The notes under the pieces: model-generated | What the model saw: the letters and a program-made list of their open reading frames with translations, nothing else | The model's database searches: none | Told to the model about the DNA's origin: nothing | In this document: piece after piece, positions 22,246 through 32,042 of the stretch | Layout of the letters: each line of letters starts with the position of its first letter | Numbering within the stretch: position 1 is the stretch's first letter | DNA from: Polyangiaceae bacterium | GTDB taxonomy: Bacteria; Myxococcota_A; Polyangia; Polyangiales; Polyangiaceae | NCBI GenBank assembly: GCA_050287085.1 | Contig: JBNKBE010000003.1 | Coordinates: forward strand, 175,350-239,349 | Direction: 5' to 3' | DNA: 64,000 bases | Made by a program: the position numbers and the translations under genes

Positions 22246-22335
22246 TCCTTCGGCGCGGCTTCGAACCTCGTGACCCTTCGCGCCAACCGCGACCTCCAAC
22301 GCCGGCTGCCTCGAGCCGCCACCCACAGCGCGACG

Positions 22336-23766
22336 CTAGAGGATCGCCCCGGGGGTGTACTCAACAGCATTCGGATGTCGCTCGACCCAAGCTCCAACCT
22401 GGGCGGCGAAGGTCTCGATCTGTTGCTCTGCGGTTCCCACGAAAGACAAGGGCGCCGCTAGCACATTTTCAATGTCCGCGCGCTGCAAACCGAGCCTAGC
22501 ATCCTGGGCCAAGCGCTCCACGAGGTCGTTTTCCGTTTGCCCATGTTCCCGCATGGCAAGTGCAACCGCCACCGCGTGCTCCTTGATGACTTCGTGAGCC
22601 ACCTCACGACCGACTCCGCGCTGCACCGCTGCCATCAACACCTTGGTCGTCGCAAGAAAGGGAAGGTAGCGCTGCAGCTCGCGCTCTACCACCGCCGGAT
22701 AAGCCCCGAACTCGGTGAGTACAGCAAAAAACGTCTGGAACAAGCCGTCAATGGCGAACAGGGCGTCAGGCAGGGCTACGCGCCGCACGACGGAGCAACT
22801 CACGTCACCCTCATTCCACTGATCGCCGGCCAGGGCCTGAACCATGCTCAAATGTCCACCGAGAATTGCCACGAAGCCACCGATCCGCTCGCAAGAGCGA
22901 GAGTTCATCTTGTGTGGCATAGCGGACGACCCGACCTGCCCTGGCTTGAAGCCCTCCGTGGCCAACTCCTGTCCCGCCATGAGTCGAATGGTCTTCGCTA
23001 GACTTGCAGGCCCGGCCGCAAGTTGGAACAGGGCGCTAACAACCTCGAAGTCCAGAGAACGGGGATATACCTGTCCCACGCTGCCAAGCGTGCGTCGAAA
23101 ACCCAAGTGCTCCGCGACACGCGCCTCCAGGGCTGCCAGCTTGGAGCGATCGCCGCCCAAGAGATCCAGCTGGTCTTGTTGGGTTCCGACGGGTCCCTTG
23201 ATGCCCCTTAGCGGGTAGCGCTCGAGCAGCGAATCCAAGCGCTCACAGGCGACCAAGAGCTCCTGTCCGGCATTGGCAAAACGTTTGCCCAACGTGGTTG
23301 CCTGCGCGGGCACGTTGTGACTGCGCCCACTGATGACCAATGATGAGTGCAGGACCGCCTTGTCCGCGAGCATTGACAGAGCCTTGACGACCCGCAAACG
23401 AACCAGTTCAAGCGAACGCCGCACCTGCATCTGCTCTACATTCTCCGTCAGGTCGCGGGAGGTCATGCCTTTATGAACATGTTCGTGGCCGGCGAGCGCA
23501 CAAAACTCCTCGATCCGCGCCTTGACATCGTGGCGTGTCACCAGCTCTCGGCGTCGGATCGATTCGAGATCCACCCGTTCGACGACCGCTTCGTAATCGT
23601 CCAACACGGCGGTCGGAACATCGAGGCCAAGCTCCTTTTGCGCGCGTAGCACCACAAGCCACAAGCGGCGTTCGAGGACGATCTTGCTCTCCTGGGACCA
23701 CAGGGCAACCATCTCCGGGCTCGCGTAACGACTCGCAAGGACGTTGGGCGGGGCAGCTGTAGACAT
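22336..23766 (-). CDS. purB: Adenylosuccinate lyase
   Basis: TRHDVKA, TSRDLTEN, GRSHNVPAQATT, GSSAMPHKMN fumarate-lyase signature. Confidence 0.95.
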   Translation of the reverse strand: MSTAAPPNVLASRYASPEMVALWSQESKIVLERRLWLVVLRAQKELGLDVPTAVLDDYEAVVERVDLESIRRRELVTRHDVKARIEEFCALAGHEHVHKGMTSRDLTENVEQMQVRRSLELVRLRVVKALSMLADKAVLHSSLVISGRSHNVPAQATTLGKRFANAGQELLVACERLDSLLERYPLRGIKGPVGTQQDQLDLLGGDRSKLAALEARVAEHLGFRRTLGSVGQVYPRSLDFEVVSALFQLAAGPASLAKTIRLMAGQELATEGFKPGQVGSSAMPHKMNSRSCERIGGFVAILGGHLSMVQALAGDQWNEGDVSCSVVRRVALPDALFAIDGLFQTFFAVLTEFGAYPAVVERELQRYLPFLATTKVLMAAVQRGVGREVAHEVIKEHAVAVALAMREHGQTENDLVERLAQDARLGLQRADIENVLAAPLSFVGTAEQQIETFAAQVGAWVERHPNAVEYTPGAIL

Positions 23767-23884
23767 GAAGCCGCCATAGCGCAGAGCCACAGGAGCGTCA
23801 CTAGCGAGCTACGCCAGCGCCTGGCGCCCTACAGCCGAGTGGCCGCTCAGCGCAAAAGGCCGCTGGCTTCAGAACTCATCCGGG

Positions 23885-24421
23885 CTACCCAGTGGTCGCC
23901 TCCAGCAGGACATCGAGATTCTCCTCGTCTGCCAGCAGTGAAAGTCGGTCTCGTAGCCCCTGAATCCCCAGCTCAACGGGCACCTGCAGTCTGGCCCGTA
24001 GGTAGAACATTGGCGTTCCCGTAAGGGGGGCATGGACGACCTCGGACTCAAGAGCCGCGACGTTGATACCCGATGCAGAGAGCACGGTCGAAACCCGCGC
24101 CACGATCCCCGTGCGGTCCACTCCGGAAAGCCGCAGCAGATAGGGGCGATTGGCCGCGGGGATGCCGCGCGCGGCCGTGGAACGGAAATGGACGAGCAGG
24201 CCCAGTTCTTCCGATAGTTGGTCGCTGCTCGCCGCCACCTGAGCCACCGCGCTTTCAGACCCCGATATGAGCAGGATCGCAGCAAACTCGCCCCCTAGGA
24301 TCGCCATACGGCTGTCCTCCAGATTGCCTCCGGCGCGGTGGATAATGGTGCTGATACGCTCGACCAGGCCGGGCCGGTCTTTGCCCACCGCGGTGAGTAC
24401 ACGATACTGTTTGTCGGTCAT
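23885..24421 (-). CDS. gcvR: Glycine cleavage system regulatory protein (two ACT domains)
   Basis: LTAVGKDRPGLV...NLEDSRMAILGGEFA and SGVDRTGIV. Confidence 0.8.
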   Translation of the reverse strand: MTDKQYRVLTAVGKDRPGLVERISTIIHRAGGNLEDSRMAILGGEFAAILLISGSESAVAQVAASSDQLSEELGLLVHFRSTAARGIPAANRPYLLRLSGVDRTGIVARVSTVLSASGINVAALESEVVHAPLTGTPMFYLRARLQVPVELGIQGLRDRLSLLADEENLDVLLEATTG

Positions 24422-24530
24422 GGCGTCGAGGAAGCCTATTGCGAACCCAGAGGGCGCGCAACCGCAACCCCCGACTGACCTGAGCTCGACACGTTTGCCC
24501 GATCCGCAGCCCGACGTGTAAGGTGAGCGA

Positions 24531-25706
24531 ATGCGGACTCATCCTCTCGCAGTACTCTGGTTGGTTGCCTGCATCGCTTGTACCGCCCGAGGCCAGTCGC
24601 CCGCGCCTGCAGCGAGTTCGGCGCTCACGCCCGCCACGGCGCCGACCTTAGCGCCCCAGGCGGCCACTCCCGGCATGGGGATCCAAGCGCCGCCGGCCCG
24701 TAGCAGACTCGACAACGTCGATGAGCAAGCGCTCCAGACCGAAGACGAGCGCAACACGATTGCAGTATTTCAACAGGCCGCGGCGTCGACGGTGTTCGTC
24801 ACCCAAAAGAAAGTCGTTCTAGACTACTACCGCGGGACTGCGATGGAAGTGCCGGCAGGCTCTGGCTCTGGATTCATCTGGGACCGTCAGGGCCACGTGG
24901 TGACCAACTATCACGTGGTGCAAGGCGCCGAGCGACTCAGCGTAACACTGCACAACCAGGAAACCCATGAGGCGACGGTCGTTGGGACAGAAAGGCGCAA
25001 GGACATCGCAGTCCTCCGGCTACAAGACCCTCCCCCCGACCTTGTGCCCATCGTGGTCCACGGCAAGGGCCCTCCCCTGGTCGTGGGGCAAAAGACGATC
25101 GCGATCGGCAATCCCTTTGGGCTCGATCAGACCCTCACGACCGGAGTGATCAGCGCCTTGGGCCGCGAAGTCCCCGGGATCGGTGACGTGCGTATTCGAG
25201 ACATGGTCCAGACCGACGCCGCCATCAATCCTGGTAACTCGGGAGGCCCACTTCTCGACTCGTCGGGTAGGTTGATCGGGATGAACACCATGATCTTCAG
25301 TCGGAGCGGCTCTTCCGCTGGCATCGGCTTCGCTGTGCCCGCCTCGAGCATACAGCGGGTCGTTCCGCAGATCATTCGCACCGGGAAAGCGGAGCAGGTC
25401 GGCCTTGGCGTCGAGATAGATCCAGCGGGACGCTTGGAGCGCCGATTCAAGCTCAAAGGAGTGGTGGTGCTGCGCGTAATGGCCAACACGCCCGCGGCCC
25501 GTGCCGGGCTCGTCGGGATACAACGTGTCGGGCGTAGCCTTCGCCTCGGCGACATCATCATCGCCATCAACGGTGAACGCATCACCGACTATGACGACCT
25601 CTACAACGAGCTGGACCGGCTGCAGGCAGGCTCCAAAGCACGCATCACACTGCTACGCGAACAACAGGAACTCAACGTTGACCTCGAGTTGATACTGCTG
25701 CCTTAA
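24531..25706 (+). CDS. HtrA/DegP-family serine protease with one PDZ domain
   Basis: GSGSGF, VTNYHVV, DIAVL, QTDAAINPGNSGG; C-terminal PDZ; possible lipobox CIAC. Confidence 0.93.
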   Translation: MRTHPLAVLWLVACIACTARGQSPAPAASSALTPATAPTLAPQAATPGMGIQAPPARSRLDNVDEQALQTEDERNTIAVFQQAAASTVFVTQKKVVLDYYRGTAMEVPAGSGSGFIWDRQGHVVTNYHVVQGAERLSVTLHNQETHEATVVGTERRKDIAVLRLQDPPPDLVPIVVHGKGPPLVVGQKTIAIGNPFGLDQTLTTGVISALGREVPGIGDVRIRDMVQTDAAINPGNSGGPLLDSSGRLIGMNTMIFSRSGSSAGIGFAVPASSIQRVVPQIIRTGKAEQVGLGVEIDPAGRLERRFKLKGVVVLRVMANTPAARAGLVGIQRVGRSLRLGDIIIAINGERITDYDDLYNELDRLQAGSKARITLLREQQELNVDLELILLP

Positions 25707-25748
25707 TCAAAATGTCCTGGAGGCCCGTGCGCGCAGCTTGCTCCAGCA

Positions 25749-26249
25749 CTAGGCCCCCACAGCGTGTTGCCGACAGGGCTCGCTCATGTCGCAGAGCCAA
25801 GCGCCCAGCAACTCGAGCCCGCTCTGCCTCCCGAGCACGGGGACCTCGTGACTCAGCCGGGCAGAGTCCAATGCCGCCCTCGCCGCTTGGGGCGCGCCCG
25901 TGAATACCACCGCGGGAACGCGCCGGAAGCGGCGACAGGACACTATGAAGTCAACCCCGGTTTCCGGAGTTTGGAGCTCGAAGTCGGTCACGATTGCGGA
26001 AGGAGGCGGCCCGAAGCGGAGCAGGCATTGCGCCTGGTGCAGCGTGCGCGCCACGACAACCTCGATGCCGCAGCGCCCGCGAATGTAGCGCGCGGTTCCT
26101 CGCCCCGAGAGACGATCGTCATCGAGTAGCAGCACGGGCCCGTGGTTGACTGAAGCCGCGCTCGGCCGCGCTGGGGTCAAGTCGGAAACAGGTGAGAGAC
26201 GACTGGCAACCGATTGAAGGGATAAGCGGACTGAAGCGGTCGGAATCAT
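25749..26249 (-). CDS. Stand-alone atypical receiver-domain protein
   Basis: VLLLDDD, IVTDF and VVFTG present; the conserved Lys appears replaced (VLGRQ). Start uncertain. Confidence 0.65.
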   Translation of the reverse strand: MIPTASVRLSLQSVASRLSPVSDLTPARPSAASVNHGPVLLLDDDRLSGRGTARYIRGRCGIEVVVARTLHQAQCLLRFGPPPSAIVTDFELQTPETGVDFIVSCRRFRRVPAVVFTGAPQAARAALDSARLSHEVPVLGRQSGLELLGAWLCDMSEPCRQHAVGA

Positions 26250-26284
26250 GCGAACTGGTCCTTTGCACAGATACACCTGAGCAG

Positions 26285-26300
26285 TGCAACGACCATGCCG
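26285..26300 (-). promoter_or_regulatory. Putative sigma54 (-24/-12) promoter
   Basis: Minus strand CGGCATGGTCGTTGCA has exact GG-N10-GC spacing with TTGCA, about 35 nt upstream of ATG 26249. Confidence 0.55.
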
Positions 26301-26401
26301 CCCGCTCCGAAAAGGGGCAGCTGTGGATAACCTGGGGTTTGCTCGCAGTAGGCGCTCGGCGGCGTCAAGCTTCTGACGCACAAGCGTCAGCCTGGTGTCG
26401 G

Positions 26402-27250
26402 CTAGGGCCTTTTTCCCGCCAGGAGCACCCAGCCGTCACGAATTGCTGCAAGGGTGAGCGCGATCCCAAGCTCTAGGAACCTGGCGACGACCTCCTCCAC
26501 CTGGTCTTCCAGTAGCCCGGTCACCAGGACGCGGCCGCCCTGAGCCAGCGCGGAGCAAGACAGCTCGGCCGTGGCCAACACACCAGGAAGCTCGATGTTG
26601 ACGACCACAAGTTCAAAACTCTCTCCCGGAGGCAGCTCGCGCGTGAACACGACGCGGCCACCCAAACCGTTTAGCCCCGCATTCTCGCGCGCATTGGCGA
26701 GGGCTTTGGGGTCGATCTCCAGACCGACCGCCCGCGAACACCCCGCCTCCAGCGCAACAAAAGACAAGACCCCGGTTCCGGCGCCCACGTCCAGCAGCGC
26801 GTGGGGTCGCCGCTCACGACAGGCCGCCGCGATTCCCGCGGCGGCAAGCAGTGTGGTCGGATGGTCGCCAAACCCAAAAGCCAACGCGGGTCGCATCAGC
26901 AGTTGCCCAGGCTTCCGCTCCGGCACCTCGCCCCACACCGGTATCAAGACCAGGCCTTCGGTCAGACGTACCGGCTTGACGTGAGCACAAGCCGCACTTT
27001 CCCAGTCGTCGGTGAAGAGCTCGCACTCGACCCGCCGCAGCGCTCCCGATGGCCCAATCCGCTCTCGCACAACCGCGACGAATTGCGCCGCGGCTTCTTC
27101 GTCAGGCGCATAAGCCGTAAGCAGCAGCTCCCCTTCTTCTGCACTCTCGAGAACGCCACTTGCCCCCGCCCGGATCAAAGCCTCACTGACCGCCCGCGAC
27201 CAGGAAGGCTCGACCCAGAGCTTCAGGCACTGCGTCACGATGCAAACCAT
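26402..27250 (-). CDS. prmA: Ribosomal protein L11 methyltransferase-like
   Basis: DW, PALAFGFGDHPTT, LLDVGAGTGVL, EIDP, VVNI. Confidence 0.82.
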   Translation of the reverse strand: MVCIVTQCLKLWVEPSWSRAVSEALIRAGASGVLESAEEGELLLTAYAPDEEAAAQFVAVVRERIGPSGALRRVECELFTDDWESAACAHVKPVRLTEGLVLIPVWGEVPERKPGQLLMRPALAFGFGDHPTTLLAAAGIAAACRERRPHALLDVGAGTGVLSFVALEAGCSRAVGLEIDPKALANARENAGLNGLGGRVVFTRELPPGESFELVVVNIELPGVLATAELSCSALAQGGRVLVTGLLEDQVEEVVARFLELGIALTLAAIRDGWVLLAGKRP

Positions 27251-27606
27251 TCGCCAAGTCGCAGCCCACAGTAGACTAACAACGTACCCAGAATATTCTG
27301 ACCCAGTAGACTCACCAACGCGACAGCGCCACGCCCTTGCTCGACCAACCGTACGCTTTCAAAAGCGAAGGTTGAAAAGGTTGTGAAGGCCCCCAGGAAA
27401 CCCGACAACAAGAGCAGCTTCAGCCCTTCGTGAGGCCGCGCCTCCAGCAGCGCCCACAAGCAACCAAATAGAAATGCCCCCAATAGGTTAACGGCCGCCG
27501 TAGCTACTGGCAGCGGCTCGCTCAGCCGCTCGGCAATCCACTTGCCCACCATGTACCGACACCATGCGCCGGTGGCGCCCCCAACAGCGACCCATAGCGA
27601 GGCCAT
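27235..27606 (-). CDS. crcB: Fluoride channel FluC/CrcB
   Basis: GGATGAWCRY, VNLLGAF, GFLGAFTTFSTF; TGATG coupling to the upstream gene. Confidence 0.93.
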   Translation of the reverse strand: MASLWVAVGGATGAWCRYMVGKWIAERLSEPLPVATAAVNLLGAFLFGCLWALLEARPHEGLKLLLLSGFLGAFTTFSTFAFESVRLVEQGRGAVALVSLLGQNILGTLLVYCGLRLGEWFAS

Positions 27607-28514
27607 CACTTCCGCTCTCCCAAACCGCCACGCGCCTCTAGTTCGTCCAAGGTGCGCGGCCAATCGCCGCGCAACAAGCGCGACAAGGAGCGGTCCGCAT
27701 AGACCTTTCCTTCAGTCTGGCAGGCAGCGCAGTAGTTCAGCTCACTGTCCGCGTAACGCACCCGGCAGATCGGCGCGCCGCAGTCTGGACAAGGCAGGCG
27801 ATACCGACCGTGAACGCGCATCGGACCGCGCTCGTCGGCGGTGGCCCGCGGTAGTCCCTGTGGACAGCGCGCCAGCAGCGCGTCGGTCCACTCTTGCAGG
27901 ACCCGCCGCGCGGACTCGTGCAGGCTACGTAGCTCCTCGCGCGTGCAATCGTGGGTACGCTTGAAAGGAGACAGGCGCGCGGCATGCAGAATGTCATCGG
28001 AGTAGGCGTTTCCGATGCCGCTAACCATCCGCGGATCGGTTAGGGCGCGCTTGAGCGTCCGATTTTCCGTTCGCAAAGACGTCTCGAACTCATCGAAGGA
28101 AGCTGTCATCGGCTCCACGCCCGCGGGACGAAACGCCTCGAGCGCGCGTGGGTCTTGAAACCAATGCACGCTGGCCCGCTTCTTTTTGGCGGCCTCAGTC
28201 AAGTCGACAACCCACTCGCCGAAATGCCAGCTGGCCACCGCGATACGCCGGCGCGCCTGGGCAACGCCGCGCAGATACAAGCGGCCTGAACGCATGAGGT
28301 GAATCAGCGAATACCAGTCGTCTTCGAAAGCAAAAACCAAGCGCTTGCCAAGACGTTCCACCCGCTCGAGGCGCAGGCCTGCAATCGCCGATGCGGCCGG
28401 AGCGAGCGTGCGCAGGGTGAAGGGTAAGTGTGCTTCGAAGCCAGACAACCTGCTTCCCGCCAGCGCCTGGTTCAAGCGCAGCGCGTAGACGACCAGCTCC
28501 GGCAGCTCAGGCAT
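27606..28514 (-). CDS. Fpg/Nei-family DNA glycosylase
   Basis: N-terminal PELPE, RLGK, HLMRSG, SGIGNAYSD (H2TH), CPDC...CAAC zinc finger. Confidence 0.9.
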   Translation of the reverse strand: MPELPELVVYALRLNQALAGSRLSGFEAHLPFTLRTLAPAASAIAGLRLERVERLGKRLVFAFEDDWYSLIHLMRSGRLYLRGVAQARRRIAVASWHFGEWVVDLTEAAKKKRASVHWFQDPRALEAFRPAGVEPMTASFDEFETSLRTENRTLKRALTDPRMVSGIGNAYSDDILHAARLSPFKRTHDCTREELRSLHESARRVLQEWTDALLARCPQGLPRATADERGPMRVHGRYRLPCPDCGAPICRVRYADSELNYCAACQTEGKVYADRSLSRLLRGDWPRTLDELEARGGLGERK

Positions 28515-28625
28515 GGCGCTAGTGTCGGACAACCCCCGCCGTTTGCCAACCGAGACGTCGAAAGCACCCTCAATACGAAGCGCAGCGGCTCGTTGCGCCT
28601 CGCGTGCGAGCGTTTCGAACGCCTT

Positions 28626-29405
28626 TCAGCCTGCCGGCTTGACGCTCTTCATGAACTCCAAGAAGGCGGTCCGCGCGGCCGCGACGGTCTTGGCTGGGCC
28701 CGTCATCTTGAAGAAGTAGTCGCCATGGGGTGATTCAACGATGCCACCGAGCAAGCCGAACTCCGGCTTGTCCACTGGCGGCGCCCCCATCATCATGCCA
28801 CCCGAGGCAAACGTTCCCGTCTTGATCTCAACCGTGTGCTGCTTGAGACCATTGGCTTCAGTCGTGTCTCGCACCACAGCCTCGGGGGGCAGACCCTTGA
28901 ACTGGCCTACCCAGCGATTGACATTGGCTTCAATCGCATCGCCCCCGCCCGGTCGTCTCGGTCCGAAGTAGAAGACGTTCAGCTCTGCGCCTTCGTTGTC
29001 TCCCTCGGCGGCAGGGATCTCGAAGCTTGCCTGGCGCATCGCGTTGCTCGGAGTCACGCGCTTCCACGTCGGCGGGTCCGTCCACGAGATGGCGAGCGCC
29101 GCCCCTTGGTGGCGCGCCGGAGTCGCAGCGGGCGTCACAGCTGGGGGCGTCACAGCTGGGGGCGTCACAGCTGGGGACACCATGCCAGCACCACCTTTGC
29201 CCTCCGCGGTGGAGAGGGCCTGCGGCTTGGCCGTGGGCTCAGGAGCTGATTGAGACTTGCAGGCCACCACGAATGCGAGCGCAAGCGCTGGCCCCAGGGT
29301 ACGCGCCAATACGCGCGGGTGGTGCAGCTTCGCTACGCGGGGCAGCGGAACCCAACGGGAGATGGATGCGACACGGGCGAGGCGGTGGCTCAGGGTGGTA
29401 TTCAC
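28626..29405 (-). CDS. Putative lipoprotein, conserved-looking hypothetical
   Basis: Lipobox-like FVVAC; VTPPA repeats; NVNRWVGQF and YFFKMTGP motifs. Start uncertain. Confidence 0.7.
   Translation of the reverse strand: MNTTLSHRLARVASISRWVPLPRVAKLHHPRVLARTLGPALALAFVVACKSQSAPEPTAKPQALSTAEGKGGAGMVSPAVTPPAVTPPAVTPAATPARHQGAALAISWTDPPTWKRVTPSNAMRQASFEIPAAEGDNEGAELNVFYFGPRRPGGGDAIEANVNRWVGQFKGLPPEAVVRDTTEANGLKQHTVEIKTGTFASGGMMMGAPPVDKPEFGLLGGIVESPHGDYFFKMTGPAKTVAAARTAFLEFMKSVKPAG
29131..29175. repeat. In-frame 15-bp tandem repeat x3 (encodes PAVTP)
   Basis: GGCGTCACAGCTGGG exact at 29131, 29146 and 29161. Confidence 0.95.
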
Positions 29406-29779
29406 GGCACGAAGTCTGCGGGCCGAGCGACGGGACTACAAGCCCCAATCGGACGGGTCGGCCTTCATCCCGAAGGCACGGGCTTCCGACCGACGGTACG
29501 GGTCGGAGCCTCCCCGTCCAGCGAGGGCTGCATCGCGCTTCTGTGAGCCTCCGTCCGCGCATACACTGCTGCCCTGTCTGAATTCCGCTCGGGAGTTATC
29601 GCACGGCGGGCCAAGAAGCGGTGGCTTGCACTCCACTCGCAGCGTGGATTTTGAGGCCCATCACCTTGCCCAGCCGTCTGAAAGGTTTGGGCATCCCTTT
29701 GACCCAAGGCAATCCATCCCCTCGCCCCAGCGTTCGACGACGATCGCATAACTCCAGTCGGGTCGCCCCTCTCCTTCTC

Positions 29780-31303
29780 ATGCCCTCACCTCCATTGTGC
29801 CTGCGTCGCTCCCTGGTGGCCTTGCTGCTCACTGCCGGGCCCGCCTTGGGAGCCGGTCCCACCCCCGTGGCACTTCAGACCGCGGTGAGCCCGATCAAAG
29901 GCGTCGCCCCCAGTGCCTCAGAAGCGCGACTTCCGCTACGCTATGTGCTCGACCGGGTGGTGATTCACGGCAACGACCACACGAGCTCGGAGGTCATTCT
30001 GCGCTACGTCCCGTTCCATCCGGGCGAGCTCTTGGATCCGGACGACCCCAAGCTGCGTGCGGTACGCTACAGCTTGCTCGGAACGGGCTTCTTTCGCGAC
30101 GTAAGTCTGAGCTTAACAAAGAGCGAGAGCACCAATCACGTCGTGCTCAACATCACCGTAGGAGAGCGCAACACGCTCGTCGTGAGCGACCTGTGGATGG
30201 GCCTTGCTGCCAGCGCGGACAGCGACGGTAAACGTCCCCCACAAATGCTCTCCCCCTTTGCTGGGCTGTCGGTTGCCGAGAACAATCTGTTCGGCAGCGG
30301 CGCTTCACTTGGCGCCGCCACGGTATTCTCAAACGACCAACGGGCGCTCTCAGTTCGCTTCCTCAATCCGTCGCCGCTTGGTTCGAGATGGATGCTCAGC
30401 ACCCAAGCTCTGTTCGCAGATGGTCTGGGCTTCTTCGGCAATTCAGCGGTCAAGTGGGATAACCCACGTCTGATCGACCAAGTACCGAGGCAGGCCGTTA
30501 CGCAGTTTCGGCGCATCAGCGGCGAATTGGGTATCGGCACGCACCTATCGCTATCGACTGAAATCTGGTTCCACTATCGCGCAGAGAACCTCCTGGCTTG
30601 GCCCCCTGACGCCGCCGCCCACGAGTACGGCGGCACTCTAGAACCCATCGACTTCAGCATCCACCGCGGAAGAAGCTTGCTGTCGACCCTGGGCACCTCG
30701 CTCAAGCACGACACGCGAGATCAACCCGTGCTGACGAGCCGCGGAGTAAAAGCCAGCGCCAGCATTCTCTCCAGTCTCGCGCCTCTGGGCAGCGACTACT
30801 CGTATCAGCGGCTCGACCTAACAGCTCAAGGCTGGTGGTCGCTTGGCGCAGGCCACGTCGTAAGCCTATCGACCGCAGCGGCAGCCATCGCGGGCTATGC
30901 ACCATTCTTCGAACGGCTGCACATCTCGGACTTCAGTGACCTCCGCCCGGGGCGCATTCTAGGACTCAACTTCGACGACCGCCCGGCTCCGAACTTCCTC
31001 GGCACCAGCATCAGCGAAGTTCGCTACGGGGATTTCGGAGCGAGTGTGCAAGGCACGTATCGCATGCCCTTGTACCGCGGCTCTCGCGCCATCTTCGGCA
31101 TCGACGCTTTCGTCAGCGGTGGGCTTTTTGTCCTCGCGTCACATCGGGACATCGTTCGGCCCCCAAAGAATCGTTCCGGCCTTGAGCTCATCCCGATGGA
31201 CCTGACCGGCAATATCGGCCTGCAGCTGGACACGAATCTTGGAGGCATCACTATCTCCTTTGCCAATGCATTGGGGTTTCTGCGAAACGGGGGCGTGCGG
31301 TGA
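29780..31303 (+). CDS. Omp85 (BamA/TamA)-family protein with a single POTRA domain
   Basis: VVIHGNDHTSSEVILR...GFFRDV (POTRA), ENNLFGSG, HDTRD, amphipathic strands. Start uncertain. Confidence 0.8.
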   Translation: MPSPPLCLRRSLVALLLTAGPALGAGPTPVALQTAVSPIKGVAPSASEARLPLRYVLDRVVIHGNDHTSSEVILRYVPFHPGELLDPDDPKLRAVRYSLLGTGFFRDVSLSLTKSESTNHVVLNITVGERNTLVVSDLWMGLAASADSDGKRPPQMLSPFAGLSVAENNLFGSGASLGAATVFSNDQRALSVRFLNPSPLGSRWMLSTQALFADGLGFFGNSAVKWDNPRLIDQVPRQAVTQFRRISGELGIGTHLSLSTEIWFHYRAENLLAWPPDAAAHEYGGTLEPIDFSIHRGRSLLSTLGTSLKHDTRDQPVLTSRGVKASASILSSLAPLGSDYSYQRLDLTAQGWWSLGAGHVVSLSTAAAAIAGYAPFFERLHISDFSDLRPGRILGLNFDDRPAPNFLGTSISEVRYGDFGASVQGTYRMPLYRGSRAIFGIDAFVSGGLFVLASHRDIVRPPKNRSGLELIPMDLTGNIGLQLDTNLGGITISFANALGFLRNGGVR

Positions 31304-31980
31304 AAGCGCTCCTGGCCGCACTGCTAGCGCTGGGAGCCCTCGCATTGACGGTCCCGGCCGAAGCACAGACGCAGAATGCCGACCTCCCCCCGCGCGCCGC
31401 AACTTTCACTTGGAACGACGCGCAAACGGAGCTCACAAGCGACTTCTCTTTCCGAGACGTCCTAACGACCCCGATTCGCGCCAAGCTGACACGGGGCCTT
31501 CCCGCTCGGATCTTGTTGACCGGTGTGCTCTACGCAGCGGCCACCCACGCTCCGATCGCGACTACGTACCAGGCGTGCAAAGTGACCTGGCACGTTTGGG
31601 AAGAGATGTATCACGTGGAGGTGCAGCGCACCAATCACGCTAGTCCGGAGACCCACTGGATCCCAACGGTGGGGGGGGTTGAACGGCGCTGTACCCAGGC
31701 AAACGGGCTGCTGGTCGCCAATCGCCTTCAGTTCGAACCGGCGCGAGCGGTCTATCTGCGGGTACGCATTGTGGTCAATCCGGTAAGCGACGAGATGCTG
31801 GAGAAGCTTAGGCATTGGATCACACGACCCGCTGAAGGTCTTGAGGTGGCGCCCGGAGGGGCACTTCTAAGCACCTTCACAGGACTCTTCATGCGACGGG
31901 TTGAGCCTTCGGACCAGACGCTCAGCTTCCAGACGCGCGCTTCGGTTCCGGGAGTCGCGCGCGCGTCTGCATCACCCTAG
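31300..31980 (+). CDS. Exported DUF4390-like protein
   Basis: Signal peptide; KLTRGLP, CKVTWHVWEEMY, VNPVS; GTGA overlap with the Omp85 gene. Confidence 0.6.
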   Translation: MKALLAALLALGALALTVPAEAQTQNADLPPRAATFTWNDAQTELTSDFSFRDVLTTPIRAKLTRGLPARILLTGVLYAAATHAPIATTYQACKVTWHVWEEMYHVEVQRTNHASPETHWIPTVGGVERRCTQANGLLVANRLQFEPARAVYLRVRIVVNPVSDEMLEKLRHWITRPAEGLEVAPGGALLSTFTGLFMRRVEPSDQTLSFQTRASVPGVARASASP

Positions 31981-32042
31981 GCTCTCCCCCCCCGGGGCCC
32001 CCACGTCTGCTCCTGCTGGCAAGTGCCCGACCGTATGAGGTG

